Notes under the pieces: generated by a model | The model's database searches: none | The model's input: the letters and a program-made list of their open reading frames with translations, nothing else | Told to the model about the DNA's origin: nothing | Assembly: GCA_017460175.1 (NCBI GenBank) | Contig: JAFUBO010000003.1 | Location: 96,651 to 160,650 of the forward strand | Length of the DNA stretch: 64,000 nucleotides | Source: Bacilli bacterium | Lineage (GTDB): Bacteria > Bacillota_I > Bacilli_A > RF39 > UBA660 | Direction: 5' to 3' | Program-made: the position numbers and the translations under genes | Shown: piece by piece, positions 56,069 through 64,000 of the stretch | How positions within the stretch are numbered: the first letter of the stretch is position 1 | How the letters are laid out: each line of letters begins with the position of its first letter

Positions 56069-57376
56069 ATGTTTGAAATATTAGGCGATAGATTACAAAA
56101 TGCTATACATAAAATTAAGGGTTATGGAAAGATAACAGAAGATAATATTTCTGAAATGATGAGAGAAATTAGACTTGCTTTATTAGAGGCTGATGTTAAT
56201 TATACTGTAGTTAAAGAATTTACTAATACAGTTAAAGAAAAAGCTTTAGGTGAGGAAGTAGCATCTTCTATTAATCCTGGAGATTTATTTGTTAAAATAG
56301 TAAAAGATGAATTAACTGAATTACTCGGAGGAGAGGCTGCTCCATTGAATATGAATGGAAATCCTGCAATACTTATGTTAGTAGGTCTTCAAGGTTCTGG
56401 TAAAACTACAACTATTGGAAAACTAGCTAATTTCTTAAGAAAGAAACATGCTAAAAAACCACTACTTGTTGCATGTGATGTGTATCGTCCAGCTGCAATA
56501 GACCAGTTAATTACTTTAGGAAAACAATTAAATATTGAAGTATATGAAGAGGGTAAAAAAGATCCTGTAGAAATAGCTAAGAATGCGATTAATTATGCTA
56601 AAGAAAATAAATATGATTATGTATTGATTGATACTGCAGGTCGTCTTCATATAGATGAAGATTTAATGAAAGAATTACAAAATATAACTGAAGAAGTAAA
56701 ACCACAAGAAACTCTTTTAGTAATAGATTCTATGATGGGACAAGATGCGATTAATGTAATTACTGGATTTAACGATCAGTTAAATCTTACGGGAGTTATT
56801 CTTACTAAGTTAGATGGAGATACTCGAGGTGGTGTAGCTTTATCAGTTAGACATTTAACTAATGTACCAATTAAATTTATTGGTGTAAGTGAAAAATTAG
56901 ATGGGCTTGATTCTTTTGATCCTGAGCGAATGGCCGGAAGGATCTTAGGAATGGGAGATATTATATCTTTAGTTGAAAAAGCTACTGAAAGTATAGATGA
57001 AAAAGAAGCTGAAAAAACAGCTAAAAGAATGCAAGAAGGTAAATTTGATTTAGAAGACTTTTTATCTACTATGAAGCAAATGAAGAAATTAGGACCACTT
57101 GAGAATTTATTAAAATTAGTACCTGGTGCTAGTAAGATGGGACTTAATAATATAAAAATTGATCCTAAACAAATGGCTCATATAGAAGCAATTGTTTTAT
57201 CAATGACACCAAAAGAAAGAAGAAATCCAGATATTATTAAAGCTAGTAGAAAAACTAGAATTGCACAAGGATCTGGTACTTCAGTTCAAGAAGTAAATAA
57301 GTTATTAACTCAGTTTGAGCAAATGAAGAAGATGATGAAACAAATGAGTAATGGAAATATGAAATTACCATTTTAA
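56069..57376 (+). CDS. ffh: Signal recognition particle protein
   Basis: GLQGSGKTTT, DVYRPAA, DTAGRL, TKLDGDTRGG, Met-rich M domain. Start moved to 56069. Confidence 0.99.
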   Translation: MFEILGDRLQNAIHKIKGYGKITEDNISEMMREIRLALLEADVNYTVVKEFTNTVKEKALGEEVASSINPGDLFVKIVKDELTELLGGEAAPLNMNGNPAILMLVGLQGSGKTTTIGKLANFLRKKHAKKPLLVACDVYRPAAIDQLITLGKQLNIEVYEEGKKDPVEIAKNAINYAKENKYDYVLIDTAGRLHIDEDLMKELQNITEEVKPQETLLVIDSMMGQDAINVITGFNDQLNLTGVILTKLDGDTRGGVALSVRHLTNVPIKFIGVSEKLDGLDSFDPERMAGRILGMGDIISLVEKATESIDEKEAEKTAKRMQEGKFDLEDFLSTMKQMKKLGPLENLLKLVPGASKMGLNNIKIDPKQMAHIEAIVLSMTPKERRNPDIIKASRKTRIAQGSGTSVQEVNKLLTQFEQMKKMMKQMSNGNMKLPF

Positions 57377-57451
57377 AAATTAGTTTTATTTTTAGAATGA
57401 AAGAATTAAAGCAGTCTTAGACTGTTTTTTGTTTCAAAAAACTCATTAATA

Positions 57452-57460
57452 CATAAAATA
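57452..57460 (+). promoter_or_regulatory. SigE/SigK-like -10 upstream of the cotD-like gene
   Basis: CATAAAATA; -35 not clear. Confidence 0.35.
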
Positions 57461-57475
57461 CTTTAGGAGGTATTT

Positions 57476-57805
57476 ATGTATAATCAAGATTTTTTTCAAA
57501 ATATAAATATGGAATCTAATATTACTGGGGATAATAACTATGTTAATCAAGATATGGATGTAGATGTTAATATGATGTATTCACAACCTATGAATAATAT
57601 GCCTATGAATAATAATATGAACCAAGGTGTACAAGAAAGAGTTATTAATAGAACTTTTGTCCATGAAGTTCCTCATACTTGTCCAATTCATACTAGAATA
57701 ATTAATCACCATATTTATAAACATACTTATAGACCAGTTTATACTTGTTCTGAAGAAAATGTATGTAGTAATGTAGAATGTGGTTCTTGTTGTAATTTTA
57801 GATAA
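57476..57805 (+). CDS. CotD-like spore coat protein
   Basis: HEVPHTCPIHTRIINHHIYKHTYRP resembles the CotD VPH.HP.HT...NH motif; N/M-rich N-terminus, Cys-rich end; monocistronic. Confidence 0.7.
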   Translation: MYNQDFFQNINMESNITGDNNYVNQDMDVDVNMMYSQPMNNMPMNNNMNQGVQERVINRTFVHEVPHTCPIHTRIINHHIYKHTYRPVYTCSEENVCSNVECGSCCNFR

Positions 57806-57985
57806 TAGAAAGAAGAAATTCTTTCTTTTTTATTTTGTTAATTTGAGTTTATGTTAAATTGTTTAATGGGTACATTAAAAAATAGCTTTGTCAATTTACT
57901 TGTAAATATTTTTTGTCAAGTTATGTCTATTGACTTGATATTTACATTAAACTTGTATATTCTAATAATAGGGAGTGTGATATGA

Positions 57986-58189
57986 ATGATCTATCCATCT
58001 ATTGATAAATTACTTAACATAGTTGATTCAAAATATGAACTTGTTCATATAGCAGCAAGAAGAAGTAAAGAAATTGCTAGAGACGGATTTTTACAAATGC
58101 CTGAATCTGAATATACTTCTAAAAAGAATATAGGAAGGGCCCTTGAAGAGGTTGCTGAAGGCTTAATCGAGGTTAAAAAAAGAGGCTAG
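57986..58189 (+). CDS. rpoZ: RNA polymerase omega subunit
   Basis: MIYPSIDKLL..VDSKYELV..AARRSKE...ALEEV. Confidence 0.93.
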   Translation: MIYPSIDKLLNIVDSKYELVHIAARRSKEIARDGFLQMPESEYTSKKNIGRALEEVAEGLIEVKKRG

Positions 58190-58234
58190 TTTGCTTCTTT
58201 TTTTATGATATAATTTTTATAGGTGGTGATAATC

Positions 58235-58984
58235 ATGAAAGTTATTAAATATAAAAAACTTGCTAATAGTAGATATAAGGTATACTTAGATAATTCTCAT
58301 GAATTATTACTATATGAAGATGTTATTTTAAAATATAATTTATTAATCAGAAAAGATATAGATGAAGATTTGATTATAGAGATGGATAAATATAATCAAG
58401 AGTGTGATGTATATTATGTAGCACTTAATTCTATTAAAAATAGATTTAGAAGTGTTTATGAACTTAGAGGTATTCTTTTAAAAAAAGAATATCCTATAGA
58501 TTTAGTAGAATCAGCGATTAAAAAGTTAATAAAACAAGGTTATTTAAATGATAGGAGTTATTGTAAGAGTTTTATTAATAATCAAATGATTACTACTAAT
58601 AATGGACCTTTTAAAATAATTAGACAATTAAATGAAAAGAAAGTTGATTCTAGTATAATAGATGAAGAGATTAGTATATTTGATGATGAAGAGCAAAGCC
58701 TTAGAATTAAGAAATTAATTGATAAGGGTATTAAATCTAATCATACTAGGGGTGGAGTTGTTTTAAAACAAAAAATATATAACGATTTAAAGAATTTAGG
58801 TTATGATATTTCTTTGATTAATAATACTATTAATTTATATGAATTTGGTAATAATAGTGATATAGCTAAAAAAGAATATGATAAATTATATAAAAAGTAT
58901 AGTAGGAAATATAGTGGAGATGAACTAAAATATAAAATACGTGAGAAGATGTATTTGAAAGGATTAAATTATGAAGAAGAATAA
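58235..58984 (+). CDS. recX: RecX regulator
   Basis: ALNSIKNRFRSVYELR..L, LIKQGYLNDRSY, GPFKI..QL..KKV. Start moved to 58235. Confidence 0.85.
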   Translation: MKVIKYKKLANSRYKVYLDNSHELLLYEDVILKYNLLIRKDIDEDLIIEMDKYNQECDVYYVALNSIKNRFRSVYELRGILLKKEYPIDLVESAIKKLIKQGYLNDRSYCKSFINNQMITTNNGPFKIIRQLNEKKVDSSIIDEEISIFDDEEQSLRIKKLIDKGIKSNHTRGGVVLKQKIYNDLKNLGYDISLINNTINLYEFGNNSDIAKKEYDKLYKKYSRKYSGDELKYKIREKMYLKGLNYEEE

Positions 58985-60380
58985 GAAATTATTTATTATA
59001 TTTACAATCTTTGTTTTTTGTATGGGAATATTTCTATTGAATTTTATGAGAATAGAAAGTGATTATTTCTGGCATATAAAAGCAGGAGAAGCAATGTTTA
59101 AAAATGGAGTACTTACTCATGATATATTTTCTTGGTACTTAAGTGGTAAATATTGGATGAGCCATGAGTGGTTATTTGAAATTATTTTGTACGTTTTCAA
59201 GGTGATTTTTCCTACAAAACATATTTTAGTATATGGTTTTGTCTTTATTAGTTTATTATTATTGATTATATTTTTATCTAACAAGGATAATTTTTTAAAG
59301 AATATTCCGTTTAGTATAATATGGGTTGTTTTAGCTGTAATATTCATACCTTTTATGCAGGCAAGGCCTCATTTAATTAGTTTTTCTTTATTGGCTTTAA
59401 CAATTTATTTATTATTTGATAATTATAATAAAAAAGATTCAAAATTAATATACTTTTTACCATTAGTTTCAGTTTTATGGGCCAATGTCCATGGGGGAAG
59501 TAGTAATTTATCTTACTTATTTTGTTTATTGTTTATTATATGTGGATTATTTTCATTTAAATTTAAAAAAATTGATAGTTATAGGATTAGTGGTAAACAA
59601 CTGAGAAGATATATTATTGTTTTTATATTATCTATTTTGTCAATATGTATAAATGTCCATGGAGTAAAAATGCTTATATATCCATATGCGAATATGATGG
59701 ATACAACTATGTTAACTAATATTACGGAGTGGGCACCTACTAATTTGAATAATAGTAGTCATTATATTTATATTTTCTTTGTAGTATATATATTTTTTGT
59801 ATTATTATTTAGTAGTAAAAAAATAAGATTTATAGATTTATTATTATTTGGAGTATCTTTATTTTTAGGTTTTAAAAGTATTAGGTTTTGGGCTTATACT
59901 TATATTATTATGAGTTATGTAATATTTAATTATGTTGATGAAAGAGATTTAGATTATGGAACTAATATAATTCTTTTATTTCTTAGTGCTGTTTTTATTA
60001 TTACAGTTGTATTTAGTATTAATAAAATAGATAAGCAAATTACTAATTATCAATTGTCTGATGAAGTGATTAAAAGTATAAAAAAAGAGAAACCAAATAG
60101 ATTATTTAATATGTATGATTATGGAGGAGAATTGATATATCATGATATTAAAGTATTCATTGATGGTAGAGCTGATTTATATTCAAAATACAATTATAAT
60201 GATTATTTGAGTATATCTAATTTGAATGGTGACTATACTTTATTAATTAAAAAATATGATTTTGATTATTTCTTAATATCTAAAAAATTTCCAATTTATA
60301 ATTATACAAAAAGTAATTTGGATTTTGTTCCTGTTTATGAGAATACTGATTTAGTATTATATAAAAAAATAGTTAACTAA
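58971..60380 (+). CDS. Multi-TM protein, putative GT-C-fold glycosyltransferase
   Basis: About 11-12 TM; SDYFWHIKAGE loop after TM1, WMSHEWLFE, QARPH, LWANVHGG, EWAP, FIDGRADLY. Function inferred. Confidence 0.5.
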   Translation: MKKNKKLFIIFTIFVFCMGIFLLNFMRIESDYFWHIKAGEAMFKNGVLTHDIFSWYLSGKYWMSHEWLFEIILYVFKVIFPTKHILVYGFVFISLLLLIIFLSNKDNFLKNIPFSIIWVVLAVIFIPFMQARPHLISFSLLALTIYLLFDNYNKKDSKLIYFLPLVSVLWANVHGGSSNLSYLFCLLFIICGLFSFKFKKIDSYRISGKQLRRYIIVFILSILSICINVHGVKMLIYPYANMMDTTMLTNITEWAPTNLNNSSHYIYIFFVVYIFFVLLFSSKKIRFIDLLLFGVSLFLGFKSIRFWAYTYIIMSYVIFNYVDERDLDYGTNIILLFLSAVFIITVVFSINKIDKQITNYQLSDEVIKSIKKEKPNRLFNMYDYGGELIYHDIKVFIDGRADLYSKYNYNDYLSISNLNGDYTLLIKKYDFDYFLISKKFPIYNYTKSNLDFVPVYENTDLVLYKKIVN

Positions 60381-60395
60381 TGTTAACTATTTTCT
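60362..60395. terminator. Bidirectional terminator
   Basis: AAAATAGTTAAC-TAAT-GTTAACTATTTT between convergent genes. Confidence 0.85.
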
Positions 60396-61381
60396 TTTGT
60401 GCTTTCTATTAATTTATTCATATATTTATCATATGATTTTTTTAGTTTATCATCATTCCATTTAATTTTATTTTTATCTCTGATATCCATTAAGGATTCA
60501 TAATATAATGCTTTATTATCATTTAATTTTTGTGTTTTTATTTTATCTTTGATATCATCTTTAGCTTCTTTTAGTGTTGGTTTATCTTTTTCTCCTGTTC
60601 TTAAGATTATATGATATCCATATTGTGTTTTAACAGGTTCTTTTGTATATTCATTATTTTTTAAATTTTTAACAGCGTTACTAAATTCTTCTACCATATC
60701 TGTTGCGTTAAAGTATCCTAAATCTCCACCATTTGTAGCGGTAGCTTTATCATCTGAATATTTTTTAGCAAGTGTTTTAAATTTCTTTCCTTGATTTAAA
60801 TCTTTAATTATTTTTTTTGCTGTTTCTAATGCTTTTTTATCAGCTTTTTCTTTTTCTTCATCACTAGCATCTTCGCTTACATTGACACTTATTAATATAT
60901 GGCTTGCTTTTAATTGACCAAATACATTTTCTTCATAATATTTTTTTATTTCATCATCTTTTATATTTTCTTTTATATAATCTTCTACTGCTTTATTTCT
61001 TTTATATTCTAAGCTTAATTTTTCTCTTAATTCTTTTTCATCTTCAACACCAAAATATTGTTGGATTACTGATTTGTAAGTATTTTCATCATCACCATAA
61101 TATGATTTTATTTGTTCAATTTGATTGTCAATTTCATTTTTTTCAGCATCATCTGATTTGTATTTTTTATCTAATATTGAATGATCAATCATATCGATTA
61201 AAGTAGATATATTGTTTTCCTTTATTTCTTCGTAATATTCTGTAGCAGTAAATTTTTCGTCTTTTACTGATACGGCTACTTTGGAACCGTTTTTTACTTC
61301 TATTTCTTTTCCACATCCTGTAGTTATTAAAGTTACTACTAGTAGTGCACTAAGCCCCATAATTATTTTATTTTTTTTCAT
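60383..61381 (-). CDS. prsA: Foldase PrsA (parvulin PPIase lipoprotein)
   Basis: Lipobox TTGC; ASHILI, FKTLAKKYSDD...GGDLG, MVEEF, PVKTQYGYHII. Start moved to 61381. Confidence 0.93.
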   Translation of the reverse strand: MKKNKIIMGLSALLVVTLITTGCGKEIEVKNGSKVAVSVKDEKFTATEYYEEIKENNISTLIDMIDHSILDKKYKSDDAEKNEIDNQIEQIKSYYGDDENTYKSVIQQYFGVEDEKELREKLSLEYKRNKAVEDYIKENIKDDEIKKYYEENVFGQLKASHILISVNVSEDASDEEKEKADKKALETAKKIIKDLNQGKKFKTLAKKYSDDKATATNGGDLGYFNATDMVEEFSNAVKNLKNNEYTKEPVKTQYGYHIILRTGEKDKPTLKEAKDDIKDKIKTQKLNDNKALYYESLMDIRDKNKIKWNDDKLKKSYDKYMNKLIESTKENS

Positions 61382-61510
61382 AATAAATCCTCCCATACAT
61401 ATTAAATAATAACAAAAAAATTTTTTTCTTGCAATAAATATGACAGATATATGAACATATTTTTAAAATTACCATAAAATACTTTGAAGAGATGAAAAGG
61501 AGGAATAAGT

Positions 61511-61603
61511 ATGACTAACTGTAATTCTAATACTACTTCCGCAGGAGCTATTATACTTGTTTTATTTATACTTTTAATCATAATTTTAGGAACACGTATT
61601 TAG
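61511..61603 (+). CDS. YjcZ/SscA-family small sporulation membrane peptide, 30 aa
   Basis: My translation: MTNCNSNTTSAGAIILVLFILLIIILGTRI; VLFILLII signature; AAGGAGG SD; divergent from prsA like B. subtilis sscA. Not in ORF track. Confidence 0.85.
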   Translation: MTNCNSNTTSAGAIILVLFILLIIILGTRI

Positions 61604-61616
61604 GGAGGTGAAATAT

Positions 61617-61709
61617 ATGAATGAAAAAAATAATTTCAATGGTGGTTTAATAGTAATTGTACTTTATATTTTATTAGCTATTTTATTAACTGGATCATTT
61701 AATTATTAA
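61617..61709 (+). CDS. Second YjcZ/SscB-like small peptide, 30 aa
   Basis: My translation: MNEKNNFNGGLIVIVLYILLAILLTGSFNY; GGAGGTGA SD. Not in ORF track. Confidence 0.7.
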   Translation: MNEKNNFNGGLIVIVLYILLAILLTGSFNY

Positions 61710-61711
61710 AA

Positions 61712-61741
61712 ATAAAAAATACCATTAATGGTATTTTTATT
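61712..61741. terminator. Bidirectional terminator
   Basis: ATAAAAAATACCAT-TA-ATGGTATTTTTAT between convergent genes. Confidence 0.75.
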
Positions 61742-62129
61742 TGTTTAATTCATTATATATTTCATCTAAATCTTTTAACATATCTTTGTTGTAATTAAAG
61801 TCTACTAAGTCATTATCATATCTAGGTGTTAAATGTATATGAAAATGTTTTATTTCTTGACCTAATTCATTATTTTGTGAAATAGTTAATCCTTTACAAT
61901 GTAATCTTTCTTTTAATAATGGATATAATTTTCTAATGACATCCATTGAATGATTTATTATTTCATTAGGTGTATCCATTATATTTTCTACATGATTTTT
62001 TGGTAGTACTAATAAATGACCATTAGTACTTGGATTAATATTCATAATAATATATATTAAATCATCTTTATAAATACATTTTGAAGGTAGTTCTCCTTTT
62101 ATAATTTTACAAAAAATACAATCTTCCAT
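61737..62129 (-). CDS. HIT-family nucleotide hydrolase
   Basis: DCIFCKII, NINP...GHLLVLPKNH, HFHIHLTPR. Confidence 0.95.
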   Translation of the reverse strand: MEDCIFCKIIKGELPSKCIYKDDLIYIIMNINPSTNGHLLVLPKNHVENIMDTPNEIINHSMDVIRKLYPLLKERLHCKGLTISQNNELGQEIKHFHIHLTPRYDNDLVDFNYNKDMLKDLDEIYNELNK

Positions 62130-62137
62130 ATTTCCTC

Positions 62138-62893
62138 CTAATTTAAGTATTTGTAAGTAATTTTATTTTCTTTTAATAAATCACTTTTCTTATTATTTAT
62201 TATATCATTTATTATCTCTTTATTAGCAGAATTATCTATAAATTTTTCATTAATATTTTTAATTTCTATTGATTCTGTTATATCTTCTTTATTGGTAATA
62301 ATTATTGTATGAGATTTTGGCGTTATATTATTGTCTTTGAATTTATTTAAATATTTATTAATTGTATTAGTAATTGATTCTTCATTCCATTCATTTATGA
62401 TAAATTCTTTTTTTACTTTAAATACTTTTAATTCTAATATATTATCTTCTTTTATAATTCTTTGTTTTACTATATCAGTATAATCGTTTAATTTAGATGT
62501 CATTTCTACTTCACAATTAATATTTGTTTTATTTTTAATATCTTTTTTTATAGTTTTCTTTATGTGATTTAGTAAATTTTTACCTTCTAAATAATCTTCT
62601 TTATATGTATCAGTAATTTTTTTTGAATAGTAGTATATGTAGAAGTAATGATATTTATTATATTTTGATTTTACTTTCATTTTATATGTAGTATTTTTAT
62701 AAGTTACTTCATCATATATGAAATTAGTTTTTTCTTGTTTATAATTATCTTTTATATAGGTATTCATTTTTTTTGTAACTTTTGGGATTAGAACTCCTCC
62801 CATTTTTTCTGTTACTACAATTACACCTAATATTATAAACAGTATAAAAGTAAATATTCCTCTTTCTATTATTAATTTTTTTTGTTGATTCAT
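62138..62893 (-). CDS. Hypothetical membrane-anchored protein
   Basis: Single N-terminal TM, K/N-rich body. Confidence 0.7.
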   Translation of the reverse strand: MNQQKKLIIERGIFTFILFIILGVIVVTEKMGGVLIPKVTKKMNTYIKDNYKQEKTNFIYDEVTYKNTTYKMKVKSKYNKYHYFYIYYYSKKITDTYKEDYLEGKNLLNHIKKTIKKDIKNKTNINCEVEMTSKLNDYTDIVKQRIIKEDNILELKVFKVKKEFIINEWNEESITNTINKYLNKFKDNNITPKSHTIIITNKEDITESIEIKNINEKFIDNSANKEIINDIINNKKSDLLKENKITYKYLN

Positions 62894-63038
62894 AGCATCA
62901 CCATATTTATTTTATCTTATAAATTAAAAGAATGCAATTTTATTATTTTTTTAATGATAAATGTATTGTTTTGTTTATTTTTTTGTGATATATTTAATAG
63001 TAGATTATAGTAGAGTATTAGGATTAGGTGGTGTTTTT

Positions 63039-64000
63039 ATGTTAAACCTACAAAAAGGAATAGTGAAGTATAAGGATCGTGACGATATAGAATGCTTATA
63101 TGGTATTAAAGAAGATGGAACACAATATTATTTTTTAGATACAACTGATACCAAAAAGTTAGCTAATGGTAATAGAATTGCGTCAACTGCTTTAGTAGAA
63201 GCAATAGATCCAATGGTAAAGGCAAGTCATATTGGTGTAATTGATGAAAATGGTAATGAAGTAATTCCATGTACTAATAAATCAATCAAACTTGTACCAA
63301 ATAGAAATGATGCACTTATTGTTGAGATAGCTGAACCAGTTTCTGAAAGTGTTAAAGATGCAATTAGTCGAAGAAGTGATCCTTTATCTGCAACTAAATT
63401 AGTATCAACTCCATCTGTTATAAAAGATAAAATTAATAATTTAATGGGTCTTGGAGGTAGATATGTATGTAATGATCAATTCTCTGAGTCTACAATTTGT
63501 GATATTAACGGAGTTAATATAGTTAATGGTGAGTTTTATAGTTTTATAGGAGTAGGGGATAATATGAAACTATATATGGCAAAAAATACACCTGAAACAG
63601 ATGTTGTTGTATTTGATTTAAATACAAAAACTTTTGTAACTCAAGAGGAGAATGTAGTAGAAAAGCCTGAAGATAAGTCTGTTCAAGAAAAAGTTATAGA
63701 AGAGCAAACAAGTAGTGTACAGCCAACAAAAGAAGAAAATGTAATTGAAACGCCTGTTGCACCTATTGAAAATATTAATGAAGGTTTCGCAAAAGAAGAT
63801 ATTGATACTATTGCTTTAAAAGATAATCAAATAGTTAATGAAAAAGAAAATTCAACTGAAATAGTAGAACCAGTTAAAGAAAAACCAATTAGTGATAATA
63901 TTATTGATCATAAAGTAGGAGAAGAAGTAGAAAATGAGACTCCTGAAGTTAGTGTTGATGAAGATGAAAATGTTGATGTTCAAGTGGATGACAATGTTGA
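63039..64000 (+). CDS. Hypothetical protein with WG-repeat-like motif and acidic tail (3'-truncated by window edge)
   Basis: AGGTGG SD; frame open to the end: MLNLQKGIVKYKDRDDIECLYG...HIGVIDENGNEVIPC... then E/V/N-rich low complexity. Not in ORF track. Confidence 0.8.
   Translation, partial: MLNLQKGIVKYKDRDDIECLYGIKEDGTQYYFLDTTDTKKLANGNRIASTALVEAIDPMVKASHIGVIDENGNEVIPCTNKSIKLVPNRNDALIVEIAEPVSESVKDAISRRSDPLSATKLVSTPSVIKDKINNLMGLGGRYVCNDQFSESTICDINGVNIVNGEFYSFIGVGDNMKLYMAKNTPETDVVVFDLNTKTFVTQEENVVEKPEDKSVQEKVIEEQTSSVQPTKEENVIETPVAPIENINEGFAKEDIDTIALKDNQIVNEKENSTEIVEPVKEKPISDNIIDHKVGEEVENETPEVSVDEDENVDVQVDDNV

Noticed and set aside
57832-57859. Possible dif site (TTATGTTAAAT at 57849-57859 equals the XerD arm)
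   Set aside because: The left arm ATTTTGTTAAT lacks the XerC-type ending and symmetry; an 11-mer this AT-rich can arise by chance.
57890-57946. TTTGTCAA repeats and an imperfect palindrome upstream of rpoZ as Spo0A boxes
   Set aside because: They miss the conserved CG of TGNCGAA, and the reverse TTGACA copies have no properly spaced -10.
1-64000. CRISPR array, IS/transposase, prophage, tRNA, rRNA, or TGA-as-Trp recoding
   Set aside because: No spaced direct repeats, transposase or phage genes, or tRNA/rRNA folds seen; long conserved ORFs are intact under the standard code.

Overview
Very AT-rich chromosomal window from a low-GC, genome-reduced member of the Bacilli. The gene content (peptidoglycan and sporulation genes, standard genetic code, terse intergenic regions) suggests an RF39-like gut lineage; this is inference. 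Much of the gene order follows the Bacillus subtilis backbone as I recall it: leuS-cse60-murJ-trmB-(sftA slot)-ytxG-ytxH-tyrS-rpsD-ezrA-thiI-ssp-ackA-nrnA-engB; spoIVA-der-hup-cca-dnaD-nth-ponA-recU-gpsB-rnpB; rodZ-pgsA-recA-rny; ftsY-ylxM-ffh; prsA-sscA/B-like-hit. Non-coding features are two T-box leaders (Leu, Tyr), a type B RNase P RNA, a probable S4 leader, a LexA-like box at recA and many intrinsic terminators. I added several ORFs missing from the supplied track (YgjV-like 5' fragment, Cse60, a 53-aa coiled-coil ORF, two YjcZ/SscA-like 30-aa peptides, a low-confidence 37-aa ORF, a 3'-truncated ORF). I saw no CRISPR array, IS element, prophage, tRNA or rRNA. Most interesting anomalies: an orphan, self-contained HerA-family ATPase cassette splitting ylxM from ffh; an apparently motor-less SftA-like protein; a small membrane protein placed first under the Leu T-box; a perfect 14-bp hairpin sequestering the spoVIF ribosome-binding site; DDPR-type MurE plus two FemABX enzymes in a spore former; Cys-rich modules in PBP1A; a pilin-like gene coupled to ezrA; and a GT-C-like membrane protein coupled to recX. 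All family calls are from motif recognition and recalled synteny; no database search was run.
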